Below, piece by piece: positions 19,453 through 29,226 of a DNA stretch of 64,000 bases. The first letter of the stretch is position 1. Each line of letters begins with the position of its first letter. The stretch lies in assembly GCA_946965045.2 (NCBI GenBank), contig OX337238.1:372001-436000 (forward strand). The letters run 5' to 3'. Both the position numbers and the translations under genes were made by a program. The notes under the pieces were generated by a model that was not told the DNA's origin, ran no database searches, and saw only the letters and a list, made by a program, of their open reading frames with translations. Source of the stretch: Epithemia pelagica (Eukaryota > Protista > Bacillariophyta).

Positions 19453-22400
19453 TCACCACAAAACACGTTGTGCTAGAAAACGCAATCGGGGTCCTGGTAA
19501 CGATTTTGTCAGCAGGTCCGCAAGATTGGTTTCACCTTCTTCCCAGGCGATACGCACGATGTTGGCGGCTTGTGCCTCACGTGTGCGATGGTAAGCAATC
19601 GCATTGTGTTTCTTCTTCAGAGTGACTTCAGGCATGGTTGCACTCTTGAACACAGATTCATTATCACAGAACACATTGGTTTCGCCATCAAGTGGAATGC
19701 CCATCATTCTCAACTTGTAACGGAAACCCTCTATCTGTTCGATGGCAGTCTTCATTGCGACAAATTCGGAGCCAAATGTTGATGTCTCAACAGTACTCTG
19801 TCGTTTGGAATACCACAAGATAGGTGCTCGTTGTAAGAACATAAGAATACCAGTTTGTGAGCGACGCGTAGCAAGACAACCAGCGTGATCGGCATCAACA
19901 AAACAAGTTGTGGTAACAGCCCGTCCACGAGGTGGTGGCATATTGGGCGGCAAAGGGTCACTAGCATCAGGGTAGTATTCAGACCAGTCTGCCTGGAAGA
20001 AACGATCCTCGTCGAAGGTCGGAGTTGTGTCGTCGAACACTAGGGTGGAACGTCCATGCGCTTTTAGGTATGCAAAAATGTGCAAGGCTTGTTCGAGGTG
20101 TCCTTCACGTGGCATGGCTAGATATCGGGACAGTTGTGATACGGCAACAATGATATCGATACGACCAAGTTCCACAACCCAACGAAGGATACCAATTAGT
20201 CCCTGATAGTAATTTGCACGTCGGGGGTCCAGTTCAGGAGATGAGTCGATCTCAGGACGATACCCAGTGGCAAGCGGAGTTGAGACTCGTGTCTGTAGCT
20301 TTTGGCCAACTTTAGACAGTTCGGTCTCAATTTCAGATATGGCACGTTTAACATATTTGTCGGAGGACATGGCCCATCGGGGTTTGTTCTCGGGATCGTC
20401 AGTATCTGGTATGGTATAGTGTCGAATCTCAGATCCCAAGTATTCGTCTGGGTCTTTAATACTCTCGGGTTTGATTGTATACCGTTTTTCCAGATCATTC
20501 ATGATCGATCGCGGATCATGACTGACACAGAGTATGTCGTCTATGTAGACAAGTACATACTCATAGTATTGGAACCCATCAGATGGTCGGACTTGAGGTC
20601 GAAGCCAGACATCAGGGTCAGCCAAGCAACTGTTGAACTTCATTTCACGAAGTGTTGCGGCAATGTGATCACGCCAACGAGCAGCAGAACTCTTCAAACC
20701 ATACAGAGCACGAACAATCAGTGCAGGTCGGCCAACGTTTTCGGGACCAAATTCTAGTCCCGCCGTAATATAAGTTCGCTCTTTTGTTGGTGCATTGAGG
20801 TATGCATTTTGTACGTCCCCGGCCAACACGTCCAGGCCATTAAGGGCAGCGATAGTGAATGCAATTCGTACGCTATCACGGGATACAACACTGGAGTACG
20901 TGGATTCCTTCGGTGGATCAGTCTTATGCCCACCGGCAACCAGTCGGGCTTTGCGGCGAAGATCAGACTTGATATCAAAGACCATATGACATGGGATATG
21001 TTTGTATCCAATTGGTACTTTGTCATCATCACGGAATTCAAAGGCAATGCGAACATTTTTCATCTCCTTTTCGATGGCTTTCCGCCAGAAATCAGTCCCC
21101 GTTCGACGATCAATCTCAAGAGCTTCTTGAACGGTTTTGGGCAGTTCAATACCATATTTGTGGGTACGTTTCCAATAGCGAGATTTTACTTTCGCAAGAA
21201 TCACACCACGTTTGCGTAACGTATGTGGAACCCACCAGGCATAGGCCGGTTCTTTGGCAAGCCCCGCCGCAACAGCATATTCGGCTAGTTGTACAGGCGA
21301 ATCGTTTTTGAGATCTTTGAGAGGGATCCAAACAGTAGAACCATCGGAGAGTTCACACTCATGTTCCCAACCAACGGTTGTATGGCGTTTACGGCCATTC
21401 AACCAGTCCGGATCCGTTCGGAGGACAGCGTCCTTGGTTTTGCGATGTCCAATGATATCCTTTACAATGGCATAGGAGTTGCCCTCAGTGTCGACTTGAG
21501 AGTAAAGGTTCTCGGCAATGAGATTGGCAGCAAGAGATTCGGTCGATCCATCGGGATACAGCACGTCATAGAAACGTGTGTCTAAGATTGGATTTGGATC
21601 ACGTTTGCCAATTGGTCGGCCAAGTTCATCTTTGGAGCGGCCTATGATCTTGGCTCTGGCCTGGTCCCCGCCATGCGGCAGCATGACTTCGGCTGTGAGA
21701 TATTCATCTAACTCCTCCGGAGTGTAGTCGTCAGCATCAGGGAGAGGTGTATCGGAGTCAAGAGCAGCAGGAAAGAGAGATTTGCTTTCGTCTTCTCCAA
21801 AGAAATCATCGGGTGGATCAGGGGAAACGTTGGCGGCATCTTCATCGGAGGACGGCGATGTATCCACGAGGAGAGTTTTGATAAGACCATCATAGACTTC
21901 CAGTTGTTGACGGATTGTGGGATTTTTCATATCGTCTTCAGGGATTGCCCACACATCTTTTCGGACAATAACTCGACCTTTCTCTGTCAAAACGTTGAAG
22001 GCCATGTCATCAATACAGTCATCGGCAAGACCAAGCCAGCGCCCAATACATTTACGCTCATGAGGGAAGTCATGCGACGGCGTATAATAGTATACAGGTT
22101 GATAGAAATCAAACAAAGCCATGGGAGAGATGTCGGGTGTCGATCCAAGAACGTGTTCAAATGGCGTTCGTCCATTAAGTTCAGGGATATCAGAGGCAGT
22201 TAACTGGTGGACAGAGGCAACCCACTTCAGCGCATAGGACCATGTGCGTCGTGGTGCACCAGTTTGATGTAACTTCCTAATAACACCTTTCTTCAACTCA
22301 CGGATGCTCGCTTCCGCGGCATTCTGCCATTGACTGTATGGGACGGTCACTTCTTGTTTGATACGGTACTCATTACAGATCTCACGAGAACGTCCATGAA

Positions 22401-23709
22401 ATAGCTCTTGCGCACCATCAGAAATTAACGTCTGAGGAATTCCAACATTCTGGATAAGGGACATCAGACCTTCAGGGTGTTGCTTCTTTGATTTCCAGGG
22501 ATAGACAAAATCATAGCCCTTTCCATCAGTAAATACGGAAGCACCCGTGTGAAGATCAAGCGATGGGCACTTGGAGAACATCTCGTCGCAAAACCATCGT
22601 CCCTTGACATTCGGGAATTTGAGCCATGGAGCTTTCTTTCGGACCTTGCGTTCGGATGGGACAAGGACATTTCGGACCCCAGCCTGGGTTGTCACTTGTA
22701 AAGTCTTCTTGGCCTTAGTAAGGCCGACATTCCATCGAGAAGACAAGGTCTGGGGATCAAGTACAGTCTTAGAAGAAGATGGCAAGACTTTTACGGCGTT
22801 TGTTGGTCGTGACGAAGCAGACTTAACGGCTTTGAGAAAGTATTCGTCGGGATCAAGGTCCTCAATGTCCACAGTGTCCTCGGCACTTGGTGGATGGGAC
22901 ACTCGAACGGCAGCAACTAAGCGGTTGCATAGTTCATCCTCGTCATTCTCAAGTTCCATGCAATAGCCATAGGTTTCGTCGTATGATCGGACGGCAGCAA
23001 CCAATCGCGGGACACAGGATGCGGCAATCGAATTCGGATCAACTTGGCGGACAGCAGATGCATTGGATGCATTGGCTTTCTCCTCCGCGGCAGCAAAGGT
23101 GGACGAATGAGGGTGCCACACCGAATCAGCAGTCATGACTATCCGTGGGAGCGACTCGAGCTCCTCCGGGGTTGGCTTCGTGGTCGCGAAGCCAGAGATA
23201 ACACCGGACATTTCTAGAGGAATGGTCAGGTCAGCATCGGGAATACGAATGCTGTGTGTGCTGTAAGGGTCAAACTGACGCGGCACATCATGGACAATGA
23301 GGCCGTTTGAACGCAGTTGATTGGGACAAATCAATGATTGGGACAATCGGTCCCCGAAGAATAACGACTCGTGAAACAGCAATAGATAACTATTGTTGTG
23401 GGCATCAGTCCAGACAGTGGCGGTCGTGGTGACGGGGATACGCTCGAGGGGTTTATATTCCTCTGAGAATGGGGAAACAGTGATGTAACGGTCAGGTTCC
23501 CTGAATTTCACAAAGTTGCGACCAACACAACAAGTGTCAGCATGCGAGTCCATTTCACATGTCAGATCAATCGGATCAGTGGTATGGGACTGTGATACGG
23601 CAGCACATAAACGGTGTGCAAAGGCTATGCTGAAGGTAGGGGTGCCTACAAGTGAGAAATGTGGACGGATAAGATTCGTTTTATCAATTTCATCACTGGG
23701 CACACAGCC
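19453..23709 (-). CDS. Element B pol (PR-IN-RT-RNase H)
   Basis: EMDSHADTCC; FCDEMF/LISDGA/AAEASI; KARLVAGGH, DVQNAYL, YIDDIL; FVDADHAG, FCDNESV, NLADLLTK. In frame with gag after one TGA; the ORF-track start is a GTG. Confidence 0.95.
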   Translation of the reverse strand, partial: GCVPSDEIDKTNLIRPHFSLVGTPTFSIAFAHRLCAAVSQSHTTDPIDLTCEMDSHADTCCVGRNFVKFREPDRYITVSPFSEEYKPLERIPVTTTATVWTDAHNNSYLLLFHESLFFGDRLSQSLICPNQLRSNGLIVHDVPRQFDPYSTHSIRIPDADLTIPLEMSGVISGFATTKPTPEELESLPRIVMTADSVWHPHSSTFAAAEEKANASNASAVRQVDPNSIAASCVPRLVAAVRSYDETYGYCMELENDEDELCNRLVAAVRVSHPPSAEDTVDIEDLDPDEYFLKAVKSASSRPTNAVKVLPSSSKTVLDPQTLSSRWNVGLTKAKKTLQVTTQAGVRNVLVPSERKVRKKAPWLKFPNVKGRWFCDEMFSKCPSLDLHTGASVFTDGKGYDFVYPWKSKKQHPEGLMSLIQNVGIPQTLISDGAQELFHGRSREICNEYRIKQEVTVPYSQWQNAAEASIRELKKGVIRKLHQTGAPRRTWSYALKWVASVHQLTASDIPELNGRTPFEHVLGSTPDISPMALFDFYQPVYYYTPSHDFPHERKCIGRWLGLADDCIDDMAFNVLTEKGRVIVRKDVWAIPEDDMKNPTIRQQLEVYDGLIKTLLVDTSPSSDEDAANVSPDPPDDFFGEDESKSLFPAALDSDTPLPDADDYTPEELDEYLTAEVMLPHGGDQARAKIIGRSKDELGRPIGKRDPNPILDTRFYDVLYPDGSTESLAANLIAENLYSQVDTEGNSYAIVKDIIGHRKTKDAVLRTDPDWLNGRKRHTTVGWEHECELSDGSTVWIPLKDLKNDSPVQLAEYAVAAGLAKEPAYAWWVPHTLRKRGVILAKVKSRYWKRTHKYGIELPKTVQEALEIDRRTGTDFWRKAIEKEMKNVRIAFEFRDDDKVPIGYKHIPCHMVFDIKSDLRRKARLVAGGHKTDPPKESTYSSVVSRDSVRIAFTIAALNGLDVLAGDVQNAYLNAPTKERTYITAGLEFGPENVGRPALIVRALYGLKSSAARWRDHIAATLREMKFNSCLADPDVWLRPQVRPSDGFQYYEYVLVYIDDILCVSHDPRSIMNDLEKRYTIKPESIKDPDEYLGSEIRHYTIPDTDDPENKPRWAMSSDKYVKRAISEIETELSKVGQKLQTRVSTPLATGYRPEIDSSPELDPRRANYYQGLIGILRWVVELGRIDIIVAVSQLSRYLAMPREGHLEQALHIFAYLKAHGRSTLVFDDTTPTFDEDRFFQADWSEYYPDASDPLPPNMPPPRGRAVTTTCFVDADHAGCLATRRSQTGILMFLQRAPILWYSKRQSTVETSTFGSEFVAMKTAIEQIEGFRYKLRMMGIPLDGETNVFCDNESVFKSATMPEVTLKKKHNAIAYHRTREAQAANIVRIAWEEGETNLADLLTKSLPGPRLRFLAQRVLW

Positions 23710-25275
23710 TCAGGTCTGCTTTTTGGCCTTATCAGCAAGGGCAACTTTCGCAACGGCAGTTGTAGGCTCCTTGGTTTCATCAGGGTTGTGCGGCTTTGTA
23801 GATCCTTTTTTACTATGGGCAAAGCGTCCGAAACTGTTTCCGGCTGAGGTTTTGGGAACAGTCGGTTCATCAGCAACAGGAGGATCAGGCTCGGAATGGT
23901 TCGGCGCGTCGTCGCCATCCAGGTCAGTGGTCTCCAATTTCATGTCATCAGACTTTGGAGTTTCAGTTTTACTCAACTTGCGAGAGCCATTTTCATCTTC
24001 AGTTCGCACGGCTCCGGCCTTGCGCTTTCCATTAGCGTCGTTCTGTGCTTTGTCTTTCTGTTCTTTACGGGCACGGAGGATTTCGGCCTTCTCTTCATCA
24101 GAGAGCTTGCGCCATTCATCCAAACTGTAATGACGTGTCTTCTTTTTATTCTGCTTGTTAGGACCATTCTTCTTTCCACTAGTCTTAGTCGTACCCACAC
24201 CAGCAATCTTTCGATTCTCGTCATTGGTCTTGTCGGTACGGGATGCAGCAATCAACGTGCCAAAATACTGCTGGCATGCTTCAAAATCAGAAAGCTTTGC
24301 TGCGTCACCGTTGACGACCGTCTTTCCCGCCGCCAAAGAGGGATCCGATATACCTTTGAGGAAATCGGTTACCTTTTTGGTTTCGGCAACGGGTTCATCA
24401 AGTTCAGCCAACGTATTATGAGCTTTCTGATGGCGGTGAACATATTGTTGATACGAGAAACGACCGCGGCCTGTAAACTTCGCGTCGGCAATAGCAGCGT
24501 ATGCTTCTTTCTTGCGGATGGTGACAGCTGCTGTGCCAGTAGCTTGGCGAGTCAACGCAAGATACGCCTCACGGCCATCCTTCTTCTTTTGGTGTGGCTT
24601 GATGAACGTCAGGCCAGGTCCGCCAACAAGAAAAGGTTTCATCAGTGTGAAGACGCGTTGATTGTCAAGGGCATACTGATCACCTTGCAGGATAGTAGTA
24701 GCAATCAAATCGTCATCGATAGTATCGTAGGCAGCATTCCTTGCTTCAGAACCGACAGGCTTAGTTTCACGAAGGACGTATGTCAAAGGAACACCCGTTG
24801 TGGGATTGCGATGCTGTGCGAGGAACGTGAGCAAGGCATCGTTAAACACCTCCCACTGAGTAAACGAAGTCAACTCTTTCGGTGGGGTCAGTTCATCGGA
24901 GGCAACTTCCTTGTTGAGTGCAAACAGTTCCTGGGTACGTTTGGTCCATTTCTTGATCAGGGGCGGATCAGAGAAAAGTGAGACTTTAAGAGCCTGACCA
25001 CGAGACGAACGGTATTCGAGCCACATTCGGAAGCCGTGGAGCTGCAGGTTAGCACTGAAGGGAAAGGCCCCGTTCTCTGGAGGGGTCTTCGCCATCATCT
25101 TCAACATCGACGGCACTTGATGGACCGCAACAGTCATGAACGATTGAGCATCATCAAAACCCTGCTCAATGATGTAGGTCACGGTGGCATCATTGTATCC
25201 ACAGCGTTTAACGGCAGCCTTGAAATCTTCCTTGGGATTTTCAGGGGCAGTGGATGAAGACATGGTGGAAGGCAA
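23710..25275 (-). CDS. Element B gag (521 aa)
   Basis: Copia gag-like (PLTYVLR, KKVTDFLKGI, YSLDEWRKLS), directly downstream of the 5' LTR/leader. Confidence 0.85.
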   Translation of the reverse strand: MPSTMSSSTAPENPKEDFKAAVKRCGYNDATVTYIIEQGFDDAQSFMTVAVHQVPSMLKMMAKTPPENGAFPFSANLQLHGFRMWLEYRSSRGQALKVSLFSDPPLIKKWTKRTQELFALNKEVASDELTPPKELTSFTQWEVFNDALLTFLAQHRNPTTGVPLTYVLRETKPVGSEARNAAYDTIDDDLIATTILQGDQYALDNQRVFTLMKPFLVGGPGLTFIKPHQKKKDGREAYLALTRQATGTAAVTIRKKEAYAAIADAKFTGRGRFSYQQYVHRHQKAHNTLAELDEPVAETKKVTDFLKGISDPSLAAGKTVVNGDAAKLSDFEACQQYFGTLIAASRTDKTNDENRKIAGVGTTKTSGKKNGPNKQNKKKTRHYSLDEWRKLSDEEKAEILRARKEQKDKAQNDANGKRKAGAVRTEDENGSRKLSKTETPKSDDMKLETTDLDGDDAPNHSEPDPPVADEPTVPKTSAGNSFGRFAHSKKGSTKPHNPDETKEPTTAVAKVALADKAKKQT

Positions 25276-25947
25276 AAGGAAAGCAAGAGAGCCAGAAGCA
25301 GGAGAGGTTCAGAGCAAAACACAGGCAAAAAAAACACAGAAGTGTGGAGGCATTGCCAAAAGGTGATGCAGATCGCAGATTTCGCGATTCTACCTGGAAT
25401 TAAGGTGCACAAGTAGTGTCGACTTGCGTTTGCGCTGCAGTCGGCAGAGAACAAATACTTAGGACGTGTGCGTCGGCACAGTGCAAAAGGAGGTATCTAT
25501 ATTTTCATGTATGGAGAAAAGATTACCAAAACAATCGCTCACTTAAGCGAGTGCTCCCCGTCACGTGGGAGAGTGCCATGGGTCACACATCACGAGTGTG
25601 AACTATAAGTAGTGCCGCAAGCATACCGTGACGAGTAGCTTAGCGCGAACACTCCCAAGCGGTGATCAGCCGCTGCCAGTACAGGCAAAAGGCAGAGAGC
25701 AAGACTCCAAGGAGTTTCACATGATGCATAGCTTAGCTAGCATAGTTGGTGAGTTAGAAAAAAATTTAGTTCCCCCGTGCATTGGCATATAGCGTATGTA
25801 CAAGGCGGTGAACCCCTTCTAGCCCGAAGACCGGGGTCAATCTGCCACCCTTGAGAAGAACATGCACTTTTAACCAGCGGGGAAACGTCTTGTACCATAC
25901 ACCCCAAATATGGCGGCCCCCAGAAATTGGGCGTCTTAACTTAAAGC

Positions 25948-26021
25948 TGAGTCTAAGGGGAATCGAACCCCTGGCATCACGAGCCAACAGCAAACATTTA
26001 CCAGCTAAACCACTGCGGCTC
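25948..26021 (-). ncRNA. tRNA-like/tRNA-derived module with Pol III A and B boxes in the leader of element B (degenerate, not a canonical cloverleaf)
   Basis: A box TGGTTTAGCTGG (26012-26001); B box GGTTCGATTCC (25969-25959) in perfect T-arm AGGGG-TTCGATT-CCCCT; D-stem GTTT/AAAT; arm TTGGC-TCGTGAT-GCCAG; 74 nt; acceptor stem poor. Confidence 0.55.
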
Positions 26022-26028
26022 TGCAATC

Positions 26029-26043
26029 TTGGGTCTGATAAAC
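26029..26043 (-). promoter_or_regulatory. Degenerate PBS of element B
   Basis: GTTTATCAGACCCAA after the 5' LTR; 2 mismatches and a bulge versus GGTTATGAGCCCAA of element C. Confidence 0.55.
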
Positions 26044-26217
26044 TGTATAAATCCTGCCACTACACGCTACAACACGGTGTATACGGCGTGCAACAAGTGG
26101 CTAGATCAAAATTATGACTAGAAAACTAGATGCGTAGCAGCATATGTAGGCGATGCATATTCGCCAATATGCGACCATGTATCCGCCAATATGCGACCTG
26201 TTGGCGGGATTTATTCA
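26044..26217 (-). repeat. 5' LTR of element B
   Basis: Identical to 19126-19299. Confidence 0.95.
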
Positions 26218-26244
26218 AGTTTTTCTACATACATTAAGTCCGGC

Positions 26245-28433
26245 GAATCCTTGTTGAATGATGGATCGGCCATTGTCTTTTTTAGCATTTTTTCCGGACT
26301 CTTTTTGCTCGAATTGGGCGTCGAGGGTTTGGGCGAGCAAGTGAATGGACTGGAGGGCATTAAACTCTTTTTTCGCAAATCCGTTGGAGGCGCCTGCATT
26401 GGCCTCTTTTTTGGTCTGGGCCTGCTCACGTTGCTGTACTTGTTGAATCGTCGCTTGGACCGCGAAGAAAATGTCGTCCAAGTCGGATCCACCATTACCT
26501 TGGCCTACCTTTGCTATTTTACCGCTGAAGTGGCCTGGGAAACCTCGGGTGTCATGGCCGTGGTGGCCATGGGGGTACGTGCTACTATAAAATATTACGT
26601 CGTGTGGTGTCGAGTATTCGATGCGCGAGTAGTTTGTGGGTGAGGAGGAGGGATATCCAAGACAACTGTGCCTCTTACCATACTTTGCTGTTTTCTTTTC
26701 TCTCTCACACATCTTGTCCACAGGTCATGACCACTGCGTTTGGTGAAACGTACATTAACGACAAGAAACTCATGGCCGATTTCTGGTCCATTGTGGAATG
26801 GTTGTTAAACACAGTCTTGTTTGCCTTGGGAGGTCTGGTATGGGGATCCATTATTGGCAACCAGGACGAGGAATTTCCCGAACGAGAATTTACCGGCAAG
26901 GATTGGGCCTATCTCATTCTCTTGTACCTCCTCTTGCATGTGATTCGATTCGGACTCTTTGTCTGTGCCTTTCCGGTGGTGAGCAAGATTGGTTTGGGCT
27001 CCAATTGGAACGAACTAATTTTCGAGTCGTATGGAGGACTGCGCGGTGCTGTGGGCATTTCCTTGGCCATTTTCTTGGACAATACCGTCCGCGCCAATGC
27101 GGATGACACCAATTTGAAATTTGTCTTGCAAAGCAACAAACTCTTTGGCTTTGTCGGTGGCATTGCCTTTCTCACCCTCATGATCAATGGCGTGTTTGCC
27201 GGTCCCCTCCTACGGTACCTCGGTCTCGCCGATTCGTCCGATACCCGCAAGCGCATGCTCCATTGTTATCTGGAACACAATCGACAAAATGCCATTCGGG
27301 ACTTTGTCGAACTCTTGGGAGAACGACGGTTCCGCAAAGTCAACTTTGCCGTCATTCGAGCGCATGTGCCCTTTCTCAAAGATGTCTCGCGCGCCGAAGT
27401 ACTCGAGGCAGCCAATTTGGCCTTTACGGTCCAGGAAGCCCATGAATCCGTCCTGGTCACGGAAACGGTGCACTTGGAGGGCATTCTCCGGTACGTGAGC
27501 AAAATTGACGATGTCGAAGATTCGACGCGATCGAGTTCCCAGTTTGTCCTGGATACCGACAAACCACAACACAGTGACCATCGTTATGGATTCCGGTTTA
27601 TCGAGCCGGCGGGCATTCCTTCGGCGATTCGAGGAACGCGAGACTTGACGCTTAATGAAATGCGGCGATTTTTTCTGGAATTGGTGCGGGCGGGATATCA
27701 GAAACAAATGGACGACGGTGAATTGGTGGATCGCGAGTTTGTCGTTTTGGCCCTCACCGAGTCGCTCGAACTGGCCGCCGAAAGCGTGGAACGAGCGAAT
27801 CGACTCAATGATTGGGACTATGTGTTTTTGGTCCGATATCCGTCGGTGGATTTGTTAAAGTTTGCTCAGGGACACGCAGGAACGTACTGTTGCTGCGACA
27901 AGGTGGTGGGATGTTGTGGCATGTCGCACATTTTGGATGCCGACACGATCCGAGTGCGGCTCGATACCGAGAAATGCCTCGCCTTTATTCGGGCTCACAC
28001 CACTGCGCAAGAAACGATTCAAAAATACTTTATGAACGACAAGCATCTCGAAATGGTGGAAGAAAAGATTATTCAAGAATCGGAATCCGAGGTGGCCATG
28101 GCGGAAGCGCACTTGTTGCAATTTGACAAGAGCGATGTGGAACTCGCCGTGTCGCACAAGGTATGCAAGATTCTCTTAAACAACTCGGTCCGGTATTTTG
28201 AGGGTCTGGTGGAAAATGGTCTGTTGAAAGAACAAGAAGCCATGGAGTTTTATGAAGAGATTCAGGCCAATCTCTTTCAAATTGATTCCTGCAACATGAA
28301 GAAACATCCAGGCGAACATACCCATCACGGAAGGAATGGCGGTCACACCACTGACATTGAAATTGATGACGGACATCCAATATCGACAGGAGCCAAGACC
28401 GATCCTCCCATGGTGGACGTGGATATGGATTGA
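26245..28433 (+). CDS. Na+/H+ antiporter 3' part: exons 26245-26574 and 26724-28433
   Basis: Resumes with (G)ESLLNDGSAIVF; intron 26575-26723; YGGLRGAVGISLA TM motif; SOS1-like cytosolic tail. Confidence 0.9.
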
Positions 28434-29226
28434 GACTAGCATATCGTTTGGCCATGATGACGCTGTGCTGAAATGTGTCCATATCAGCTAGCAACTTCTC
28501 AGTCGATGTCGACGAGGCAAAAACCGAGTTTATTCGCCCTATGGTTTTCCTGATCATACCAGAAACAGTCGCTGGTGGTCCAAGGCAGACCGCGCTGTTC
28601 TTCGCAATAATCTTGGACAAAGTCCATGAACCGAAGCGATGCCTCGGGTCTTGGGTAAAGAGCCCGGGAAGGTGATTAGAATGGTGCTTGCTCGTTTACA
28701 TCGGGCAAACGACTCGATTTACTTGTCACACTCATTAGATGATAGCATTGGTGTGTTTTGCCTTTTCCTAGTAGTAGTCCTTGCCCTAGAGCAGTATACT
28801 TGCTCTACAAGTACCTATATTCATCAGTGGTTTGCGGCTATAGACTGTCGAGCAATAACCGAGCGGAAACAACCGTGTGGGGCACAAGATCACTGGACAA
28901 GGCAATTGTGCGAACAATACCAGTGATATGTGGAGGTTGGTGGCCTCGTCGTGTCACGAGCAATGCTTCAAGCTCCATTCAAGAAAAAAGTGTAGAAACA
29001 AGGAGACTATATTATCTACTCATTGGTCAGTAGAAGAACAGAGCTTACTATCAGGAATACGTTCTAAAGCATCTTAATGGTGTATAGTTCAGTGGTTCGC
29101 ATACAGTTTTATAAAGTATGAATCGGTCCCCATCATGCATGCCTCTCGAGGAAACAAACCAACAAACAAACAACCTCTGGGTGGAAGCTCATCTCCATTC
29201 GACTATGTGCAGTTGTTGGAGAAGAA

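Larger units (their letters stand above)
19126..26217 (-). mobile_element. Ty1/copia LTR retrotransposon B (diatom-type, DSHADT protease), nested in A's 3' LTR
   Basis: Identical 174-bp LTRs (19126-19299, 26044-26217) with TG...CA and 8/9 terminal inverted repeat; 4-bp TSD AGTT (19122-19125, 26218-26221); gag and pol intact. Confidence 0.97.
8660..26239 (+). mobile_element. Ty1/copia LTR retrotransposon A (diatom CoDi-like), ~10.5 kb net, carrying nested element B
   Basis: 769-bp LTRs; 5-bp TSD CCGGC at 8655-8659 and 26240-26244; PBS; PPT; gag-PR-IN-RT-RH order. Confidence 0.97.

Noticed and set aside
23896-24981. 361-aa antisense ORF in element B gag
   Set aside because: Typical opposite-strand shadow; no motifs.
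25948-26021. Calling the element B module a functional tRNA-His/Gly gene
   Set aside because: Acceptor stem does not pair, anticodon arm is misplaced and has no U33; kept only as tRNA-like.
28495-28665. Protein-like minus fragment (...FMDFVQDYCEEQRGLPWTTSDCFWYD...)
   Set aside because: About 55 codons, upstream stop, no convincing acceptor or family.
28787-28807. TAGAGCA/TGCTCTA hairpin near CTAG as a Helitron 3' end
   Set aside because: No A/T insertion context and no matching 5' TC end found.
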